64,000 nt of DNA from Caldilineaceae bacterium (lineage in GTDB: Bacteria; Chloroflexota; Anaerolineae; Caldilineales; Caldilineaceae): positions 7,875 to 71,874 of the forward strand of contig JAHBVF010000015.1 in the NCBI GenBank assembly GCA_019637685.1. Direction: 5' to 3'. The translations under genes and the position numbers were made by a program. How positions within the stretch are numbered: the first letter of the stretch is position 1; the number at the start of each line of letters is the position of its first letter. The notes below the pieces were generated by a model. It was not told the origin of the DNA. It saw nothing but the letters and a program-made list of their open reading frames with translations, and did not search any database. Below, piece by piece: positions 1-8,746 of this stretch.

Positions 1-294
1 ATTCTTCGTCGCTGAAACCCAAGGGACGGAACGCGCCGAAGCCCTGAAATTCATATACATCCCTGCCCCGATCGTAGCGGGGCCGATTTGCCGACAGCCC
101 CTTGTGTACAAATCCCAGGTCCTCTTCAAAGCGGCGCCGACCCGCATCTTTGGTGTCACTGTCATAGGGACCACCACCCACATCCACAAAGACCAGGTCG
201 AGGAGTAGCTCTCTGTTGGCAGGTGCTCGTTGCAGATGACGAAATATGCTCAGTGCGCGTGTAATGCGTTCGTCTATTGTAGCCATATATGCCT
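1..294 (-). CDS. hypothetical protein (5' part; ORF runs off window start)
   Basis: Open frame on minus strand starting with ATG at ~292-294 (MATIDERITRALSIFRHLQRAPANRELLLDLVFVDVGGGPYDSD...) with no stop before position 1. AT-richer promoter-like region upstream (300-430). No recognisable family. Confidence 0.3.
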
Positions 295-467
295 TATTTA
301 CATGTGGAATGAACTGCCAGTATGAATGCCATGTGGAGGGGTGTTAGATGAATACAGGATAAGCGATTTCGGGAGTTTACGCAATCAGACAGCAAACAGG
401 CTATGCGTCGGCTATCAGTTCTTCCATGCGGCCATATCACGCTGGTAGCGTGACCTACGACGCGTCA

Positions 468-491
468 GGTAGGGGCACGATATATCGTGCC
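468..491. promoter_or_regulatory. 24-bp perfect palindrome AGGGGCACGATATATCGTGCCCCT
   Basis: Exact reverse-complement symmetry read directly. Lies upstream of the minus-strand partial ORF. Could be a protein-binding site or hairpin. Confidence 0.4.
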
Positions 492-519
492 CCTAGGGTT
501 GTAACGCGCCTCGTCGTCA

Positions 520-760
520 GGTTGACGGGGTGGGTATTGGGTACACAGGGGTTGGTTGTAAGGCTGATGCGGTGGGTACTGGGGGTCGAAGGGGTTGGTT
601 GTCAGGTTGATGGGGTAGGGGATGGGGGGCGATTGGGTTGGTGGTAAAGTTGATGGGGTACTGTGTCCCCGCGATGGAGCAATGGAAGGGGGTCGAAGCG
701 GTTGGTTGTAAGGGATACATGGCTGATCAGGGGGACGATGGGGTAAATCGTAAAGTTCAT
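520..760. repeat. G-rich degenerate tandem repeat (~40-bp units, GGTTGGTTGTAAGG / GGGGT motifs), G-quadruplex-prone on plus strand
   Basis: Repeated units GGGTTGGTTGT(A/C)AGG(C/T)TGATG(C/G)GGTGGGTA... seen 5-6 times. All frames open (ORFs 465..767, 517..720, 602..913 on minus encode Pro/Gln-rich low-complexity peptide). Confidence 0.5.
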
Positions 761-940
761 GGGCCAAAGCAGCCGGTCGACGTGCCAGGTCAGCCGGCTG
801 ACCTGGCGCTGGTGGCGGCTCTGGGGTCTGTCCGTTCCCAGCAGGGGGGTGGGCAGCGGCATTTCAGGCTTTAGGTGCGACGCACTCGCCAGGAGAATAT
901 TCCTGTGCAACAATTGTGTGGCGAGTGCGTCACACCTGAA

Positions 941-1085
941 CAGACGTATTCTGCGCCGCTGGTTTCGACAAGCTCAACCGACGCTTTCTGGGTAGGTTGG
1001 GTCGCTGGTTTCGACCCTTCGACAGGCTCAGGCGATGTCCTGAGTTTATCCAAGGTACACCGCAAGCTCAACCGACGCTTTCAAA
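941..1085. repeat. copies/fragments of dispersed repeat family containing GGTTTCGAC and AAGCTCAACCGACGCTTTC motifs
   Basis: GCTGGTTTCGACAAGCTCAACCGACGCTTTC occurs near 963-993 and again as CGCAAGCTCAACCGACGCTTTC near 1057-1078. Same motifs at 31281-31345 and inside the MITE-like element at 45601-45762. Confidence 0.45.
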
Positions 1086-1149
1086 ATGGGTTGAAGAGTA
1101 GAGACGCACTTCCCAATCCCCAGTCTCCAATCCCCAACCCCCAACCCCT

Positions 1150-2253
1150 TCACGCCTCCATAGAACGCCAAATTTCCAGCTTGCGCTGGGTGCGGCTGAT
1201 GATCTCATCGGTAAATTCCGTGGTGGTGGCGCTGCCCATCAGGTCCGGCGTGCGGCAGCCGTCCAGCACGGCCTCCATCATCGACTCCCGGATGGCCCGG
1301 GCCGCCAGGTCAGATTCCACGCTTTCAATCTGTTTGAGCAGCGCGGCCGCGGCCAGAAACATGGCCATGGGGTTGGCAATATTCTTGCCCTGGAGCGAAG
1401 GGGCTGTGCCGTGGGGGGCCTCGGCCATAATCGTCCGCACATGGAAATCAGCGTCAAAGGCGAGCAGCAGGGATTCGGCCCCGGCAATCGAGCCGAACAT
1501 TTGCAGCACCAGATCGCTCATACAGTCCCCGTCCCGGTTCAGGGTGGGGATGACCAGGGGTTCGCCGGCTTTGGTCAGCAGCAGGGCATAGGTGGCGTCG
1601 ATGAGCTGGGGTTCGTAGGGCACGGTAGGATAGCGTCGGGCCGCGGCGTCCATCTCTTCCTTCAACATTCCTTCATAGACCGGGGAGACCGTATACTTGG
1701 GTCCGCCAAAGACCTTGGACTGGGAACGCAGGGCACGGTAGAAAGCATACTCGGCCACCGCATGGCAGGTGCTGCGGCTGATCTTCTCCACCCGATAGGC
1801 CCACTCGTCGCCGTCCGGCCCGATCTCCCGTCGCTCCTCCGCGCCATAGGCATCGTCCACAGCCATGCGTACCACTGTAATAGGGGCATAGACACCGCCC
1901 ACCGGAACCACGCCGGGGATACGTCGACCCGTGCGCACAATCACCTTCCCGTCCACCTCTTTGCGCAAGATCGCGTTGGGGCTGCCCACATCTCCCGGCG
2001 TCTCCGGGGTGATGGTGGCTGCTTTCAACCCAAAGCCGGTTCTTCGCATAGCCGTGGCCGCTTCCAGCACTACCTGGTTGTTGGTGGCCCGTCGGTTCGC
2101 CAGGCTCAGGTCAAAAGTCTCGAAAGCCAGGGGGGTGGCAATCACGTCCGGGTCCAGCAGGCGCAGGGTTTCATCCATCAGTTCCTGGCCGGTCTGGTCG
2201 CCCTGCATCACCACAATGGTGGGCACTGCGGGGGCGTGGGTGGTCTGGGTCAT
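1150..2253 (-). CDS. isocitrate/isopropylmalate dehydrogenase family protein (NAD(P)-dependent beta-decarboxylating dehydrogenase)
   Basis: 367 aa. C-terminal HGTAPSLQGKNIANPMAMFLAAAALL motif typical of IDH/IMDH/tartrate dehydrogenase family, plus NRDGDCMSDL and GSIAGAESLL blocks. Confidence 0.85.
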   Translation of the reverse strand: MTQTTHAPAVPTIVVMQGDQTGQELMDETLRLLDPDVIATPLAFETFDLSLANRRATNNQVVLEAATAMRRTGFGLKAATITPETPGDVGSPNAILRKEVDGKVIVRTGRRIPGVVPVGGVYAPITVVRMAVDDAYGAEERREIGPDGDEWAYRVEKISRSTCHAVAEYAFYRALRSQSKVFGGPKYTVSPVYEGMLKEEMDAAARRYPTVPYEPQLIDATYALLLTKAGEPLVIPTLNRDGDCMSDLVLQMFGSIAGAESLLLAFDADFHVRTIMAEAPHGTAPSLQGKNIANPMAMFLAAAALLKQIESVESDLAARAIRESMMEAVLDGCRTPDLMGSATTTEFTDEIISRTQRKLEIWRSMEA

Positions 2254-2397
2254 AGGGCTTCTTTCTCCTTCAAAATTACGGTTGATTGGATTCCCTGGCG
2301 CGCCTGGCTACCAGATGTGTGCAGTGGACCGCCGACCACGCTGCGTCTCTATCCGTTGCCGTCTGCCGTCCGCGGTCAGTGGTCAGTGGTCAGTGGT

Positions 2398-3444
2398 CTA
2401 CGAATACTTGCCCGGCACAAAATCAGCGTCACCCAGCAGGGCCTGGGCCGCGGCCTGACCCGAAAGCCAGGCCCCTTCGACCAGCGGGCCGTGGAAGGCA
2501 TCCCCGGCAAAATAGAGTGGGTGTGTGCCCGACGTGCGCAGGGTGCGCTGGCTGTGGGTGTGGCGGGGAAAAGCATACCGCCAGTGCTTCACCTGGCTCT
2601 CTACCACCCGGCTGCCCGGCGTGAGATAGGGGAGGAGCACGGCTTTCATAGTTTCCACAATCTCCACCTGGGGGGCATCCCAATAGCGCTGGGCATAGGT
2701 GGCGTTGCTGTTGATGGTGACAATCGTCTCGTTCTCTGGGCCGCCTTCTGTAACGCCCTTTTGCCGGTTGTCCGCGATCCAGGGCAGGGATTCCGCGGGG
2801 CGGTGGACAGCCCCTGGCGCGGGAATGGTGGTTCCCCCTTCAATACGAAAGATGCCGGTCAGGGTAGACGAATAGTCCAGCGCCTCCAGAATGCCCCGAT
2901 CCATAGCGGACAACCCCACCGCGCCCGCGTCCAACAGGGCCAGGGATTGGGGCGGCGGGGGGGTCAGGATCAGCCCGGCTGCCCGATAGCTATCGCCGTT
3001 CTCGGCTTCGGCCTGCCAGCCTCCTTCTGTCTGGCGCACAGCCACCAGGCGCGTGTCCGTGTCCACCGCAGAATCCCCGGTCAAATCTTCCGCCAAATAT
3101 TCCATCAGCCGGTCCATGCCCCCGCGCACGGCATAGCGGGTGTGGCCTTCGCCTTCGTTGCCGGCAAAGCTGCCCAGGCTCCAGCCGATGTCCCACAAGA
3201 AAGCCAGGCCCGCGGCCTCCCAGCCATCCACTTCCTGCCGGAATTCGGGCGAATCCACAGTGAAGAACTGGACGCCGTGATCGGCCGCGGCCTGGCCCAG
3301 GCGCAGGGTGGCCATGCGCCCGCCCACCCTGCGCCCTTTGTCCACCACTTGCACATCCACACCGGCCGCGTGCAACAGACGGCCCGCGGCCAGACCAGCC
3401 AGGCCCGCGCCCACAATCAATACATCGCTTTGTTTCTCAGTCAT
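2398..3444 (-). CDS. NAD(P)/FAD-dependent oxidoreductase (amine-oxidase/renalase-like)
   Basis: N-terminal Rossmann dinucleotide motif VLIVGAGLAGLAAGRLL...VVDKGRRVGGRMAT. 348 aa. Confidence 0.8.
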   Translation of the reverse strand: MTEKQSDVLIVGAGLAGLAAGRLLHAAGVDVQVVDKGRRVGGRMATLRLGQAAADHGVQFFTVDSPEFRQEVDGWEAAGLAFLWDIGWSLGSFAGNEGEGHTRYAVRGGMDRLMEYLAEDLTGDSAVDTDTRLVAVRQTEGGWQAEAENGDSYRAAGLILTPPPPQSLALLDAGAVGLSAMDRGILEALDYSSTLTGIFRIEGGTTIPAPGAVHRPAESLPWIADNRQKGVTEGGPENETIVTINSNATYAQRYWDAPQVEIVETMKAVLLPYLTPGSRVVESQVKHWRYAFPRHTHSQRTLRTSGTHPLYFAGDAFHGPLVEGAWLSGQAAAQALLGDADFVPGKYS

Positions 3445-3537
3445 TTCGTTTGTCAGCCATTGGTACGGCTCCTCTTGGAGACACGGGCATGGGTATCGAG
3501 GCGCAGATATTACAAATACGGGTCTGGATGTCCTGTC

Positions 3538-4338
3538 TCAGATTGTCTCTACATCTGTTTTGAACTCGTTCCAGACCTGTTGGTTGGCCGCGGCCAGGGT
3601 GGGCCGGGAGATGGCCGCATAGTCCTGGGCCTGGGCGGGCAAGGGAAAGAGGGCCGAGCCGTCCAGCCCGGTCACGTGCGCGCCGGCCTCCTGGGCCACC
3701 AGCACCGCGCCGGCCAGGTCCCACACTTTGGGCGTGCTCTCCACCGCCACCAGCGAGACGCCCCGGGCCAGGGCCAGCAGGTGATAGGCCGCGCTGCCCA
3801 ACATCCGCGCCTTCAGCGGCGAGCGGATGCGCAGTCTGCGCCGGGTGCGGGTGCATTGGGTAAACAGGTGCTGGTTGTCAATGGTGGCGGTCTGGTCGGT
3901 CAGCAGGGGTTCGTCGTTGCAGAATGCGCCCCCGCCGAGCCAGGCCGCATAGACTTCGCCCAGCAGGGGAAAGTCCACCACCGCGGCCACGGGCGCGCCG
4001 GCCCGCAGCAGGGCGATGCTTACCCCCCAGATGGGCAGCCCCCGGGCAAAGTTGGTGGTCCCGTCCAGGGGATCGATCACCCACGTGTATTCGGCCGCGG
4101 GATCGTAGCGGGTGCTGCCCTCTTCGCTGAGGACGGCGTGCCGGGGCCAGGTGGCCTGGATGGCCTGCACGATCAGGTCGTTGGCCTTTTCGTCGGCCTC
4201 TGTCACCAGCGTGCCATCGCTTTTGCGTCGGGCATGGGAGCGGCGGAAGTAGCCGGCCGCGGCCCGGCCCGCGCGGCCGGCCAGGTCCCGGGCGAAGTCC
4301 ACGTAGGCTATCAGGTCGCTGGATATTAACTCACTCAT
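3538..4338 (-). CDS. inositol monophosphatase family protein (SuhB/IMPase-like)
   Basis: Metal-binding block WVIDPLDGTTNFARGLP and LSEEGS. Start moved to MSELISS (AAGGA RBS 8 nt upstream) instead of the upstream in-frame Met of the track ORF. Confidence 0.8.
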   Translation of the reverse strand: MSELISSDLIAYVDFARDLAGRAGRAAAGYFRRSHARRKSDGTLVTEADEKANDLIVQAIQATWPRHAVLSEEGSTRYDPAAEYTWVIDPLDGTTNFARGLPIWGVSIALLRAGAPVAAVVDFPLLGEVYAAWLGGGAFCNDEPLLTDQTATIDNQHLFTQCTRTRRRLRIRSPLKARMLGSAAYHLLALARGVSLVAVESTPKVWDLAGAVLVAQEAGAHVTGLDGSALFPLPAQAQDYAAISRPTLAAANQQVWNEFKTDVETI

Positions 4339-5264
4339 TGTCCATTCCTTAGCAGGGGGAGAAGGGCCTGCACCCATTGATACAAGCGTGCGCGCACGGC
4401 CTGGATGCGGGCCTGGTTGGGGGGCTGAATGGGGGTGCGGGTGTGCTGATCCCCCACAAAGAGGCCCCGGTTGATCTCCACCATCAGCCCCCAATAGCTG
4501 CCACCGATGGCCTGCTGATAGGCCGGGTCGCAATAGTGGCGCAGGATGTAGCCGCCCGCAAATGGCTGGTTCAGGGCCACCACCGGCGCGGGCCGTCGGC
4601 TGTCCGGCTCCAGCAGGTCCAAGTCCGCGAAAATTTCCCCGGCAATCTCCCCGGCCTGGCGCACAAAGGCCCCGGGCGCGGTCAGCCGACGACCGGCGGT
4701 CAGTGGATCAGCGGCAGCCACGGCTTCTCCATCTGGCCCACCGAAGTTGCCAATGCAGATCAGCGGGCGCGCCTGGCCGGGATCGCCGTAGGCGCTGGGG
4801 CCGTGCTGGGCCATATTGTGGCAGTCCAGAAAGAGACGCACATCCCCCGCGTGTTGGCGCAGTGCCCCGTCCAGGGCCTGGTGAAAGGGACGCCAGGCCG
4901 TGTCCAGCAGGTCCTGCTGCTCGGCCCGGCCCAGGTGCGCAGTGTAGATAGGGTCGCCGTAGCTGGTCTGGCTTTTGACCGCGCCGTCGGGGTTGTCCAG
5001 GGAGTCGGGGGCGCGGTTGGCGTCGATGAGCACCCGGGCGGTGGGCATTGTCACCGCGGCCAGTGTCCCCTGTCTCCCGCCCAGCGTGGGATGGCTGAAG
5101 TCGAAAATCTGGTCGTTCCAGAGGTCGCACTCGTTATAGATGGTCACCTCGTCGATGGCGAGGCGCGCGGCCACGGATGGGGGCACAGACAGTCCCCCGT
5201 GGGGGATACTCTGGATAATGGGCAGGGCAGATGGCATGGGGTTTGTCTTCTGGATAATCGCCAT
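4335..5264 (-). CDS. N-formylglutamate amidohydrolase family protein
   Basis: PHGG.. block (IPHGGLSVPP) near N-terminus and overall FGase-like size. Start placed at MAIIQ, whose ATG overlaps the TrkH stop by 1 nt (TGATG). Confidence 0.55.
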   Translation of the reverse strand: MAIIQKTNPMPSALPIIQSIPHGGLSVPPSVAARLAIDEVTIYNECDLWNDQIFDFSHPTLGGRQGTLAAVTMPTARVLIDANRAPDSLDNPDGAVKSQTSYGDPIYTAHLGRAEQQDLLDTAWRPFHQALDGALRQHAGDVRLFLDCHNMAQHGPSAYGDPGQARPLICIGNFGGPDGEAVAAADPLTAGRRLTAPGAFVRQAGEIAGEIFADLDLLEPDSRRPAPVVALNQPFAGGYILRHYCDPAYQQAIGGSYWGLMVEINRGLFVGDQHTRTPIQPPNQARIQAVRARLYQWVQALLPLLRNGQ

Positions 5265-6757
5265 CAGCCCAGGATTACCGGCTCTTCGGGGTGATGGATC
5301 AGCGAGGGCTGTTCGCTCTGGGCCAGGGCCACCACAATTGTCAGTGGGCCAAGCCGCCCCCAGAACATTGTAAACGCAATCAGAAAGCGTCCCCAATTAT
5401 CCAGACTGGTAGTAAAGTTGAGGGAATAGCCCGCGTTGGCAAAGGCGCTGATCACCTCGAAGCCTTCGGTGAAAATCGTGCCCTGGCCCAGCAGAGAGAG
5501 GCTGAGGGTGACAATAGCGACCAGCAGAGTGCTGACGGTCATAATGGCCACGGCCTTGAAAATTGTCTCCGTGGGGACTGCGCGGTCAAAGGCCACGGCC
5601 GCGGTCCGGCCCTTGGCCGTGGCGATCACAGAGACGAGCAGCACACCGACCACACTGGTGGTGACACCGCCCGCCATACTGGCCGGCGCGCCCCCGATGA
5701 ACATCCAGATCATAATGATGGCCTGGGTTGCCTCGCTTAGCTGATCCAGGGGCAGGATTGTCAGGCCAGCCGTGCGCGCGCTGACAATTGTGAAGAGACT
5801 GACCCACAGTTTCTCCAGAAAGGGCAGGTGGCTGAGCACATCCGAATAGATGGCGCTGTCCAGCATCATCAGGATTGTGCCGGTCACAGTCAGCACCAGC
5901 GTCAGCACCAGCGTAATCCGGGTGTTGAGGGCCAGCATACGGTCCCGGCGAAAGGAGGCCAGATCATAGAGGACTGTGACGCCAAAGCCGCCCAGCAGGA
6001 TGAGTGTGCCCATGGTAGCCAGGGTGGCGAAATCTGATCCAAAGCCGAAGAGAATGCCCCGGTCTGTGCCGGAAAAGAGATCGAAGCCCGCGTTGCAATA
6101 GCTGCTGATGGCGTGGAAAATCGCCAGCCAGAGCGCTTCGCCGTCCGGGATGGTTGTGCGCCAGCGCAGCCAGAGCAGCAGCGCGCCCACGCCCTCCACT
6201 GAGAGGGTGACGCCCAGAACATAGAGGGCCAACCGTCCCACCCCAGAGGCTTTCTCCGCGCCCAGGGATTGCTGGATAATCATACGCTCGTTGAGCGTCA
6301 CCCGGCGGCCCACCAGACGCAGGAGCAGCACGCTAAAGGCAATAAAGCCCACGCCGCCCACCTGCAGGAGGACGAGGATAATCACCTGGCCGAAGCGGGT
6401 GAAATCTGTGGCCGTCGTCAGCACGGCCAGCCCGGTCACCGTAATGGCACTGGTCGCGGTAAAAAATGCATCCATCCAGCCGATAGAGTGGTTCGTGGCC
6501 GAGGCCGCGGGCAATTTCAGCAGAAGCGTGCCCACAAGAACCAACAGGCCAAACCCAATGATCAGCACCTGGGGTGTCTGTAGACGCTGGCCAGAACGCC
6601 TGTTCGGGGGCTGGGCCGGTGTCCAGTCTGCCACGTCCGAAGGCGGTATGGGGGGCGGAGGGGCCTCCAGGCGAATGCGGGTCAGATAGTCTGGCTGCCC
6701 AGGCTGGGACGCAGAGGCTGGGTCGGAAGATGGGTTGGTGGTTCCGGTACGTGACAT
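5264..6757 (-). CDS. trkH: TrkH/KtrB family potassium uptake transporter
   Basis: 497 aa polytopic membrane protein with repeated pore-loop-like segments (GFxxxG... SAxTxTGL). Typical TrkH length and architecture. Confidence 0.8.
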   Translation of the reverse strand: MSRTGTTNPSSDPASASQPGQPDYLTRIRLEAPPPPIPPSDVADWTPAQPPNRRSGQRLQTPQVLIIGFGLLVLVGTLLLKLPAASATNHSIGWMDAFFTATSAITVTGLAVLTTATDFTRFGQVIILVLLQVGGVGFIAFSVLLLRLVGRRVTLNERMIIQQSLGAEKASGVGRLALYVLGVTLSVEGVGALLLWLRWRTTIPDGEALWLAIFHAISSYCNAGFDLFSGTDRGILFGFGSDFATLATMGTLILLGGFGVTVLYDLASFRRDRMLALNTRITLVLTLVLTVTGTILMMLDSAIYSDVLSHLPFLEKLWVSLFTIVSARTAGLTILPLDQLSEATQAIIMIWMFIGGAPASMAGGVTTSVVGVLLVSVIATAKGRTAAVAFDRAVPTETIFKAVAIMTVSTLLVAIVTLSLSLLGQGTIFTEGFEVISAFANAGYSLNFTTSLDNWGRFLIAFTMFWGRLGPLTIVVALAQSEQPSLIHHPEEPVILG

Positions 6758-6971
6758 AGGCAGATGTTGGCGAATGAAAGGAAGCTCAGGAAAGAAGCGC
6801 GGAGCGAATAAGGAAATATCTGCCAGTGATTATGCTATGGGCTGACGCGCAGGTCAAACTGCCGGGGGAGCAGGGAGGGAAATGGCCCGTTTGCCGCAGG
6901 CTGTCGGTGTGGTGAAGGTGCTGTTTGAGACGGAATCTGGCAGCACGCGGGGTACGTTGTATATCTTCGCG

Positions 6972-7301
6972 CTATCCCAGATTCGGATTGGGTCTTCTTC
7001 TGAGCGGTCGGGTACTCACGACACTGTTGCACGAACCCAATCTGTTGGGCTGGAAGCCGTCGGCGTGACGGTCGGTGGACCACTGGCCGTCGATAAGGTA
7101 ACGGAACTCGTAGCGTTGGTACAGGGGCAGATCGACAACTGCTCGCCAAACGCCATCCCGGTCCTGGCGCAGAGGGGTTGCCGAGGGATCCCAATCATTG
7201 AAATCAGCGACCACTGAAATGTTTTCTGCCCACAGGGAGGCGGGGAGTTCGAAGGTAATGCGAATCTTGCCCGGTATAGGGGAGACACTTTTGCAGATCA
7301 C
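6972..7301 (-). CDS. CBM48/AMPK-beta glycogen-binding-module-like small protein
   Basis: 109 aa. Motif VVADFNDWDPSATPLRQDRDGVWRAVVDLPLYQRYEFRYLIDGQW resembles the CBM48 / isoamylase N-terminal domain. Confidence 0.55.
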   Translation of the reverse strand: MICKSVSPIPGKIRITFELPASLWAENISVVADFNDWDPSATPLRQDRDGVWRAVVDLPLYQRYEFRYLIDGQWSTDRHADGFQPNRLGSCNSVVSTRPLRRRPNPNLG

Positions 7302-7352
7302 CTTATCCTCCCTGTGGGTTCAGGTATAGACACAATTCTCGAAAGCCGTACC

Positions 7353-7775
7353 TTACATCCCTTTCAGGATACGGCGCAGCTCACGGGCGTGGCCCGCTTC
7401 ATCAGCGGCCATCTCCTCCAGTTTCAGCTTCAACTCAACAAAACCCAATTTGTCGGCCAACTCGGCGTGGGCTACATAGTTTTTTACGTCTTGCAACTCC
7501 ATCTGCTCGTCACGGACGAGCATTTCGCGCAAGCTCTCTGGTTTGTCGAAGGTGGCGGGTGTGGTTACTGGTTCGCCGCCCAGGTCAACGATCACATCGT
7601 TGAGGAAGGCCGCGTGTCCCAGCTCATCGGCGATTTCCCTGGCGAGCAGTGCGCGCAGTTCGCTGCCCATCAGCCCAAATGCTTTGCCGGATTGATAGGA
7701 ATAGCGGATGATCGTACCGTACTCGGCTGCCAGGTCTTCGTTCAGATATTGAATGAGCGTTTCTTTCGTTGACAT
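7353..7775 (-). CDS. ferritin-like domain protein
   Basis: 140 aa. Paired E..H segments (EYGTIIRY... ELGHAAFL ... EQMELQDV... EAGHAREL) as in the ferritin-like diiron four-helix bundle. Confidence 0.6.
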   Translation of the reverse strand: MSTKETLIQYLNEDLAAEYGTIIRYSYQSGKAFGLMGSELRALLAREIADELGHAAFLNDVIVDLGGEPVTTPATFDKPESLREMLVRDEQMELQDVKNYVAHAELADKLGFVELKLKLEEMAADEAGHARELRRILKGM

Positions 7776-7850
7776 TTTCTTCTCCTTTGCAAAAAATGAT
7801 CGTCACTGGTCTCCAGTGTACCAAGAGACATCTTGCCCGTCATCGGCGGG

Positions 7851-7913
7851 GTGTTGATTTTCGACTCAGCAAAAAAGACCACCCTGGGGTGGTCTTCTCA
7901 ACATTTGATGAGG
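7851..7913 (-). terminator. intrinsic terminator inside conserved ~80-nt dispersed element (copy A)
   Basis: Hairpin GACCACCC-TGG-GGTGGTC followed on minus strand by TTTTTTGCTGAG. Lies 25 nt downstream of the SDR gene stop. Flanks conserved with copies at 13782-13847 and 17856-17920. Confidence 0.6.
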
Positions 7914-7935
7914 AAACGTTTGGTGAGGATCGGTC

Positions 7936-8733
7936 TCAGGCAGACAAGAAGCCGCCATCCACCGGAATCACCGCGCCGTGGACATAGCTGGCCAGCTCGC
8001 TGGCCAAGACCAATACAATCCGCGCCACCTCATCTGGCTGACCAAAACGGCCGATTGGCAATCTTTGCTTAAAGTCATAGCCTGTTTTTAACAACCCCAG
8101 GCGCATGGGGAAAATATCCTTCGCCGCGCTCAACGTTCCCGGCGTCACAATCCCCCCTGGAAGCACCACATTGACACGGAAGCCGTGCCTGGCGTGTTCC
8201 TTGGCCAATGCCCGGGTGAGGGCAATTACCCCTGCCTTGCTCACACTGTAAAACGCCAAATCTTCCTTAAAAGGCAGGATCGCCTCAATGGAGGCGATAT
8301 TGATAATGGCCCCGCCTAGTTTGAACCGGCGTCGGATCATTTCCTGGCACAGCCAGATGACGGAATTCAAATTTGTATCAAAGATACGGGCAGCCAACGC
8401 CTCATCGACGTCCAAAAAATCCTTGAAGGGGTATATCCCCGCGTTGTTCACCAAAACATCCGGCTTGTCGCCCGCTATCTGTTGCCACATCTCTTGTCGG
8501 GCTTCGTGTTGGGAAATATCCACCTGATGAATTGTGATCTGTGTCCGGAAGGTTGCCAGTTCATCCCGTACAATTTCCAAGTTCTGCCGATGAATATCGA
8601 CCAAAATCAGGTCCGCGCCCGCTTCAGCCAGGCGGTAAGCAATGGCGCGACCAATGCCTGTGCCGGCCCCGGTGACCAGGGCTTGTTTGCCGTGCAGGGA
8701 GATGAGCTTGTCTAAGGGTGTGGTTGGTTCCAT
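7936..8733 (-). CDS. SDR family oxidoreductase
   Basis: GKQALVTGAGTGIGRAIAYRL Rossmann motif and YSVSKAG catalytic Tyr-x3-Lys. Start at MEPTT (GGAG RBS) rather than the track's upstream Met. Confidence 0.85.
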   Translation of the reverse strand: MEPTTPLDKLISLHGKQALVTGAGTGIGRAIAYRLAEAGADLILVDIHRQNLEIVRDELATFRTQITIHQVDISQHEARQEMWQQIAGDKPDVLVNNAGIYPFKDFLDVDEALAARIFDTNLNSVIWLCQEMIRRRFKLGGAIINIASIEAILPFKEDLAFYSVSKAGVIALTRALAKEHARHGFRVNVVLPGGIVTPGTLSAAKDIFPMRLGLLKTGYDFKQRLPIGRFGQPDEVARIVLVLASELASYVHGAVIPVDGGFLSA

Positions 8734-8746
8734 TGTACAGAGTCTC

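Noticed and set aside
1411-4329. 972-aa plus-strand ORF
   Set aside because: Lies antisense to three well-supported minus-strand genes (the isocitrate/isopropylmalate dehydrogenase family gene, the FAD oxidoreductase, IMPase). Gly/Arg/His-rich low-complexity translation typical of high-GC shadow frames.
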